From Methanobrevibacter ruminantium M1 (GTDB lineage Archaea; Methanobacteriota; Methanobacteria; Methanobacteriales; Methanobacteriaceae): a stretch of 32,000 nucleotides of DNA. The DNA lies in NCBI RefSeq assembly GCF_000024185.1, contig NC_013790.1, forward strand, positions 2,709,613-2,741,612, in the 5' to 3' direction. The first letter of the stretch is position 1; the number at the start of each line of letters is the position of its first letter. The translations under genes and the position numbers were made by a program. The notes under the pieces are model-generated. The model did no database searches. It saw only the letters and a list, made by a program, of their open reading frames with translations, and was not told the origin of the DNA. Of this stretch, positions 10,101 through 19,100 are shown piece by piece.

Positions 10101-13100
10101 TTTAACTCTGTAAGTGATATCATTTTTATCAAATGATGAATCTTTTACATTAACAGTACCATTAGACCAAATAGCTCCACCACGGTAGGTTGCAGTGTTT
10201 TGATTAAATTCTGAATCAGCAACGTTTAATGTAGCACCGGATTCAACATATATGGCACCGCCGTTTACAGCAGTGTTATTGAAGAAGATAGTTTCTTCTA
10301 CATCAGTTACACCGCTTTCAGCATAGATTGCAGCACCAGCTTCAGGGTCGTTGTTTGCGAAGTAACAGCTGTCTACAAGTAAGTAATCAGCTTCGGTGTA
10401 AATAGCAGCACCTACATCAGATTTACCATTGACAAAGCTTACATTGAATATCTTGACATTAGGAGCATTGATGTATAAGATTCTTGCTTTTTTCATACCG
10501 TCAATGATATGTCCAGCGCCAGAGATAATAATGTTATCGTCTACAAGCACACCTGTTAAGAAGAATTGTTCATCATAAGCTGCATCAAATGCGAAGTCGT
10601 ATGGCAAGACTAATCTTCCATCAGCAGTGTCGATTAAGTATTGCAAGTCTGTGAAAGTACCCTTCTTAGGAGTTACAGATACAGTTACGGTTTCAGTTTG
10701 GACATCGTGTACAGTGTCATTGAATATTACAGTAATGTCGTGAAGACCATATCCTAAATTATCAATAGAAGTTTCAGCAATACCTTCTGCATTGGTAGTA
10801 ATATTAGCAATCCATACGCCAGTATCATATACTTCTAAGGTAGCTCCTTCTATAGGGTTGCCTTGGAAGTCAGTGAGGGTAGCTGTAATGTTTACAGTTT
10901 CACCAGATGCAATAGGGCCGTCATCAGTTACTTCTAATTCAGAGTATGGGTTTTCGAATACTGTGAAGTTTTGTGGTTCTAAATAAGCTTCATTGTAAAG
11001 CTCATCTGCTAATAATTTAGCAGCATATGAGTAATTACCAGGTGCAAGGCCTTCTACAGTGTATGATCCTTCACCCGCAATTACAGATACGCTATAGGTA
11101 TTTTCAAAGTTTACATCTTTTCCTTGGATTGTTACAAGTACAATGCCAGTTACGCCGTTGTCAGGATCGTCTATAGGACCATCTTGAACGGTTACCTTAA
11201 TAGTTGCAGCATCATCATAGGTTACATCTTCAATGGTAACATTGAAGTAGGATACATTACCGGTAACTCTGAATAGAGTGTAGTTGTATTCAGGGTTATA
11301 ATCAGAGTTGCCTTCGAAGTAGACGTAAACGAAGTATTCGCCAATTTCTAATCCTTCAACTTCAGTTACATTAATACCATTTTCAGTTACTACAGTATCA
11401 GTGAATGCCTTATTGATAGTGATTTTAACAGTTCCGTTTAAGCCGACACCATCTGTACCAGTTAAGTTGATGTTTACAGTAGCCTTGTCTCCTACACTAA
11501 TGCTTTCAGTAGTTACGACAATGGTTGCGTTTGCTTTAGGAACATCATATTTACCATCGGTCTTTTGAGCATCATAGTTAGTGCTTACAATATTGTCTCC
11601 AGCATGTAAGATAGTGTATGTAGCAGTATATTGTTGAGTTGAATCATCATAGGATGTTTCATATTCAACGCCGTCAACAGTGATGTTGAAGTCTACATCA
11701 TATATTGCATTGCCATTATCATCTGTTAAAGTAGCATATGGATGTACTTCATCACCAAGGAAAGCAAGAATTGTATTGTCTTCTGCATCTCCTAAGAATA
11801 TAGCTTTGACAATTGAGTTAACAACTGAACCATTAGGACCTACATAGATTTCGGTTTCACCGGAAGTGACTTTGTTTCCTTCTAATGTTAAAACGCCATT
11901 GTTGTAAATGGCTGCACCATCACCAGTTGCGTCATTGTTTGTGAAGTTGGAATTTTTGACAGCAACTTCCAAATTGTTTTTGCTAATGCGTACAGCTCCA
12001 CCATCTCCTGCTGTAGCAGTGTTGTTTTCAAAGTCACAGTTATCGATTGTCACTTTTGAAGAACTTCTGGTAGCGCTTACATCAATAGCTCCACCAGTGG
12101 TAGCGGTGTTGTTGTAGAATTTGGAATCTGTAATGGTACCTTCGGAATCTCTAGCTATAGATATTGCTCCACCTGCGCTTGTAGAACCAGTACTGCCTAC
12201 ACCTGTAGCATTATTGCCTATGAAAGTAGAATTCTTAATAGAATAAGTGGTTTTGCCGTTGCCGTCAGCATTAATTGAAATTCCAGCACCACAGTATGCT
12301 AAGTTATTAATAAATTCACAATTTTCTACAGTTAAGGAAGTAGCTGTAGAACCTAAACTAGCTATAGGTACAGCAGTTATAGCACCACCATAAGTACCGC
12401 TGTTGTTTTCAAAGTGGGAATTATTGATTACAGCAACACCAGAGCTTAAAATAATACCATCGATTAATTGAGGGCTGTTAGTGTCTCCAGTTCTTACAAC
12501 ATAACCTACAAGATCGTTTGTAAAGTTGGAATGGTCAACATTTAAAGTGCCATTGTTAAAGATAGCAGCTCCACCATTATCCACATTTCTTGCTCTGTAA
12601 GTGATATTGTTATTGTCGAAAGATGAATCTTTTACATTAACAGTACCAGTAGACCAAATAGCTCCACCACGGTAAGTAGCAGTGTTTTCATTGAATTCTG
12701 CATTATTAGCATTTAAAGTAGCAGCTGATTCAACATATACAGCACCACCGTTTAAAGCATTACCATGGCAAAGAGTTACATTATTTAAGGTTAAAGCTTT
12801 ATCTGTTACATGGAAAAGTCTTGCTTTATCATCACCACAGATAGTGTGTCCATTACCATTTATAGTTACATCTTTACCAATTACGATACCATCTACAATG
12901 CTTGAATCGAATTCTTCAATGTAAGTATAGCTATCGTCCAAGTCAATGATGCCATCTTCATCAGCAGCAATGATGTTTGCTAAGTCAATTAAAGATCTGG
13001 ATACAACTACAACTGAAGTGTTTACTTCTTCAACAGCATAATCAAGGCTAATCAAGTAAGTTCCAATATCAGCAGGAGTGAAAGTGCCTTGGTAGTAACC

Positions 13101-16100
13101 TAAACTAGTGTAGAAAGTTGCAGGAACTGAAATAGAATCAGTTGCGCCTTCTTTAGTAATTACATAGTTGAAGTTGTGGTCGTTAATTAAGTTACCCATA
13201 TCATCAGTTAAGGTAGCGTTAATTACGAATCCTCCCATATGCCAGTTGTATGTATCATTAGCTAAGATTTGAGCATATACTTTGGAATCAATAGTACCCG
13301 CCCAGTTACCAACATCTGCACTGGTTGAACTGATTGTGTTTCCTTCTAATTTTAATGCACCGTCAGTTGAGATAGCATTACCCCAGCCGGCAGTGTTGCC
13401 AGTGAAGGTAGAATCTTTTACAGTTACGGTTGCATCTCCTTGAGTCCAGAGGTATACAGCTCCGCCATCATTACCAGTGTTTTCGGTAAAGGTACATCCT
13501 TCAATAAGGCTGTCTTGGTCTACACCAGCAAGGCTTACTGCACCACCAGTATTAGCGCTGTTTTTGTTGAATCTGGAATCGGTGATAGTAGCTTTAGTAC
13601 CACTAGGGAATACTACAATAGCTCCACCTTGAGTACTTGCGCTTCCAGGGCTTCCTTTACCTACGCCAGCGTTTTCGTTAAAGGTACAGTCATCTACTAC
13701 AAGGTTGGAACTTTCTACAAAGATTGCTCCACCGAAGGTAGCGTTGTTTCCTTCAAAGGTAGTGCCGATTACGGTTAAGGTGTAATCTTCATTGTTCATG
13801 TATCCTAATGAACTGATTGCTCCACCCCAAGATCCTGTGTTGTTTGCAAAGTATGAGTCTGTAATTAAAGTTTCGCCGCTGGTTACAACTACACCAACCA
13901 ATAAGTCACCAGCATTGCCGTTACGGATAACAATGTCTTTTAAGTTATTGGTAATGTTAGATTTTTCGATTGTTAATTGGCCGTTTAAGTTGTAAACAGC
14001 TGCTCCACCGTTGTCATCGTTTGCAGATCTGAAAGTGATGTTGTTGCTGTCTAATACAGAGTTGCCTATGTATACCATACCTTCAGAGTAGATTGCTCCA
14101 CCACGTTTTACAGCAGTGTTTTTAGTGAATGTTACATTATCAGCAATTAAGCTTGCGCCAGCATCTACATATACACCAGCACCTTTTTGAGCAGTACCAT
14201 GACAAACGGTAGCATCTTTTAAGGTTAAAGTTGCTCCATCAGTTACTTTGAATACTCTTGCTAAATTGTTAGCACAGATTTCCACACCTTCAGCACCAAC
14301 GATTGTTACAGTTTTATTTACTGTAATACCATCAAGGAATGGCACTCCATCAAATTCTTCATCGTATACAATGCTGTGGTCTAAGGTAATGGTTGCTCCT
14401 TCTTCAGCTGCATTGATCAAGTCTTGCAATTCATTGAAAGTTCCTCCAGTGTAAACAATATAACCTGGAGTAGTATGATCTTGATCGAAACCTTTTGCAG
14501 TTATTCTGTAAGAGTTTGGTTTAGTGAAAGTGTGAATTGCAGAATGAATACCAGTGGTTTTATCATAGCTTGTTTCAACTTCTTCGCCGTATACTTCTAA
14601 GACAAGGCCTTTCTCTACGATAGGGTTTCCATTATCATCAGTAATTGTAGCAGTTAAATTTTGAGTTGGATTGCCAGTTATGATAGTTTCGCCATTCAAT
14701 GTGGTTACATAAATCGCTGATACAATTGTTCCATCATAGCTACCTATTGGAGTAATGGTGTAATCATTTGCAATTTCATTGTGGGATAAGCTTAAAGTAC
14801 CATCACTAGAAATAGCGCTTCCGAAATTAGCTGTGTTGTCGCTGAATGAAGAGTCTTTTACAGTTACAATAGCATTTCCACCAGTCCAGAGGTATACAGC
14901 TCCACCATCATTTGCAGTGTTGTCAGTGAATGTACATCCTTCAATAAGGCTATCTTGGCCTACACCAGCGAGGCTTACTGCACCACCAGTATTAGCGCTG
15001 TTTTTGTTGAATTTGGAATTGGTGATAGTAGCTTTTGATCCAGTAGGGTGTACAACAATAGCTCCTCCTTGAGTGTTGGAAGTTCCATCGCTTCCTTTAC
15101 CTACACCAGTGTTTTCGTTAAAGATACAGTCATCTACAACAAGGTTGGAACTTTCTACAAAGATTGCTCCACCGAAGGTAGCGTTGTTTCCTTCAAAGGT
15201 AGTGCCTTTTACGGTTAATGTGTAATCATCGGTGTTCATGTATCCTAATGAACTGATAGCTCCACCCCAAGATCCTGTGTTGTTTGCAAAGTATGAGTCT
15301 TTAATTAAAGTGTCGCCGGTAGTTACAACTACACCAACCAATAAGTCACCTGCATTGCCGTTACGGATAACAATGTCTTTTAAGTTATTGGTAATGTTAG
15401 ATTTTTCGATTGTTAATTGGCCGTTTAAGTTGTAAACAGCTGCTCCACCGTTGTCATCGTTTGCAGATCTGAAAGTGATGTTGTTGCTGTCTAATACAGA
15501 GTTGCCTATGTATACCATACCTTCAGAGTAGATTGCTCCACCACGTTTTACAGCAGTGTTTTCAGTGAAAGTTACATAATCAGTAGATAATTTACTTCCA
15601 TGGTCTACATATACACCTGCACCTTTTTCAGCAGCACCATGGCAAACGGTTGCATTTTTCAAGGTAAGGAAACCACTGGTTACATGGAAGAGTCTTGTTG
15701 AGTTTTCACCACAGATAGTGAATCCGTTTCCATTGATAACGATATCTTTATTAATTACAATACCATCTGTTAATGCACTGTCAAATTCTGCATTGTAAGC
15801 GTAATTACCATCCAAGTCAATAGTGCCATTAGTGTTTGCATCTATGATTGCTTTTAAGTCAGTTAAAGTTCTAAAGACGTTTAAAGTTCCAGTTTGAACT
15901 TCATCAGCATTTGCAAGATTGGTTGAAACTACAAATTCTCCAGCTTGAGTAGGAGTAAATGTTGCTGTGTATACACCAGTTGCAGCATCAATACTAATTC
16001 CATCGACTACATCATCACCTACTGTAAATCTGAATGCTAAATCAACAATATTATTGCCTTTATCATCTGTAACAGTAGCCGTGATATCATATGGAACCAT

Positions 16101-19100
16101 ATTAATGTTTACAGTTTCATTGTTTAATATTTTAACTTTCAATGGAGTTACAACATCAATACCCTCTTTTACATAGATTTGTGCATCATCACTACCAGTT
16201 ATAACGTTGTTGGATAAGGATAATGATGAACCAGAATTATAAAGGTATATTGCATTGGTGTTTCCTGAAGCTTCATTATCAGTGAACTTTGAATTGGAAA
16301 CACTTGTGTCTCCACTTGAAATTATTGCTCCTCCTCTTAAGGATGCAGTGTTTTCAGTAAACTCACAACCATCAACTATTAAATCGCCAAGACCTTCATT
16401 TTCAATAGCACCACCATATGGAGCAGTGTTACTTATGAATTCTGAATCGGTTACAGTTACGCTAGCACTTTCAGTCCAGAAGTATACTGCACCACCATCA
16501 GCATAAGCTGTGTTGTCAATAAAGGTACAATCATCAATACTACTATCAGATCCAACACCTGCTAAGCTTACTGCACCACCGCAATCAGCAGTGTTATTAA
16601 TGAACTCAGAACCACTAATATCTGCAGAAGCAGTGTCATCCATTACTAATATTGCAGCACCTTGACTGTTTGAAGTACCTGGACTTCCAGGACCGATAGC
16701 ACTGTTGTTGTAGAATTTACAATCTTTTACAACAAGAGGGGAATTATCGAAAATAGCAGCACCAAAGATAGCTGTGTTTTCTTCAAATATTGTGTCTTCA
16801 ACAGTTAAAGTTTGATCGGTGCCAGTTTGAGTGATAGCTCCACCCCAACGGCCAGAGTTGTTAGCGAAGTAAGAATTGGTAATAGTAGTAGCACCTTTAG
16901 ATACAACTACACCATCCATGATATCTCCGATAACATATGTTTTTTGGTTGTCTGTAACATTGACCTTATCTAATGTTGCAGTTCCTCCATTATTGTAGAG
17001 AGCTGCACCACCGTTATCATCAGCCATAACTCCATCTGTTTTACTGATGGTATTATTTTTAATGTTAACATTAGTTAAGTCAACAGTACCTTCAGAGTAG
17101 ATTGCTCCACCTTTAGTTACAGCGGTGTTTTTAATAAAGTTTGCAGTATCTGCAATTAAGGTAGCATCTTCAGATACGTAAACACCTGCACCTTCATCAG
17201 CAGCACCATTGGTTACGTTGATGTATTTAAGGCTTAAAGATTTACCTTCAGCAACAGTAAAGATTCTTCCATCATTGTTAGCATTGATGGAAGTCTTAAC
17301 ATATTTATAATAAGTGTTGTATGAACCTAATATGCTAAGGTCTTTATCGATAACAATTCCATTTTTATAAGCTTCTTTTTCATCTTCAGCTTTAGTGATT
17401 TTAGACTCACCAATATATACTGTTCCACCATTTACTAAACCAATAAGATTATTTAATTGAGTGAAAGTGGTAAGACCGGTTTCAGTGGTTCTGCCATGAT
17501 TATCAATTAAAACATCTCCACAGTCAGTGAATTGATTATTGTCAGCCAAATATAAATAAACTGTTCCATAATTGGTGATAGCAGTTTCACCAGAACCTTG
17601 TAAAGTAGCATTTCTTAATGTCAAGGTTTTTCCTTCAGCAACATTGAAGATTTTACCACTATTAGCTTGGATTACTTTACCTTCAGCACCGTAAATGGTT
17701 ACGGTTTTATCAACATTTAAACCGTCTGCAAAGGTAGTTTCCTCTTCAGCAGTTTTAATAACATTTCCGGTTAATCTGATACCACTTGATCCACTGTCAA
17801 TAAGTGCTTGTAAATCAGTGAAAGTTAAATCTCCTACAATATAAGGAGCAGTGTTAGCATTAGGAATATCACCATCTGCCACATCTACAGTTACTTGAGT
17901 ACCGCTTGCTGCTTGAACATCTCTATCTGGATTATTGTAGGTGTTGTTAGTTAAAAGAACATTAGAATTTTGACATGTGTCAATTCTGGTATTTGTGAAT
18001 GAAGAATCAGAAATTTCCGCATTTTTAACACGTATACCTTCGCCTCTTCCGGCATTGTCATCAAATTCACAATCAGAGATTGTGATTGTTCCTTCATTGT
18101 AAATTGCACCGGCAAATCCTCCTCTATTATTAGTTTTTCCATTAAAGGTTTCAGAGTTTGCTGAATTTGCAGTGTTATCAGTGAAAGTACAATCTAAAAC
18201 CATAGTGTTTTCACAATTGACAGCACCGCCAACTACTCCGGAGTTAGCTTCAAAGTCACATCCAGAGATTAAACCTGGGTTATTTGCATCTTGAACACAG
18301 ATTGCACCACCGCTTGCGTAGTTAGAATTGGTACTACCAGTTCCTTTAACATTATTGTTTTTGAATGTGGAATCAGATATGGTATAGGAAGTTCCAACTA
18401 TATCAATAGCTCCACCATTGAATGCAAAGTTGTCTTCAAAGGTAGATCCGCTTACTAATAAATTTGCAGAAGTGCTCTCACCAGAGTAAATTGCACCACC
18501 GTAGGAACCACTGTTAGCAATAAAACGAGAGTTGGTTACAGTTAAATCAGCGTTATTACTTGTAACAGCAGCACTACTTAAGTCACCTGTGTAAGTACCA
18601 GTTCCTCCTCTGTGAACTATGTTCTTAAGGTTGTTGGTAACATTTGTATCTGTTATGGTTACAGAACCTCCATTGGAGTAAATAGCTGCTCCACCATAGC
18701 CATTAACTGTTCTGTCAGTTAAATCGTTACCATCAAATTCACTGGAGGTTACTAATACTTCACCGCCATTATTATAAATACCACCACCAGACTTGACTGC
18801 TGTGTTGTCATTAACTTTAGCATTCATTAAAGTTAACTTGCCGGAGTTATAAATAGCTGCACCTTCATCGGCAGCACCGTTTATGAGAGTTACACCCATA
18901 ATGGTAACGCTAACTCCTTCAGGGATATTGAATATTCTTGCTTGATTATCCCCGTCAATGGTCGCACCGCCACCAATGATTGTTAAGCCATTGGTAAGAG
19001 TGATACCATTTTCAAAAGCAGTGTCGGTTGATGGATCATATTTATAATAAGCACCTGACAACATTGAAGGACTGGAAGAGACATCAGCAGCTAATTGTGT

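Noticed and set aside
5380-16506. Plus-strand ORFs of 64-112 aa inside the giant gene (5380..5634 through 16255..16506)
   Set aside because: They are antisense shadows of a Thr/Val/Asn/Gly/Asp-rich coding strand with few reverse-strand stops. Their products are low-complexity Ser/Pro/Thr/Val. Two of them are duplicated only because the sense gene is duplicated.
17951-18142. 63-aa minus-strand ORF in an alternative frame of the giant gene
   Set aside because: It is fully nested in a much longer ORF with coherent domain structure and has no independent signals.
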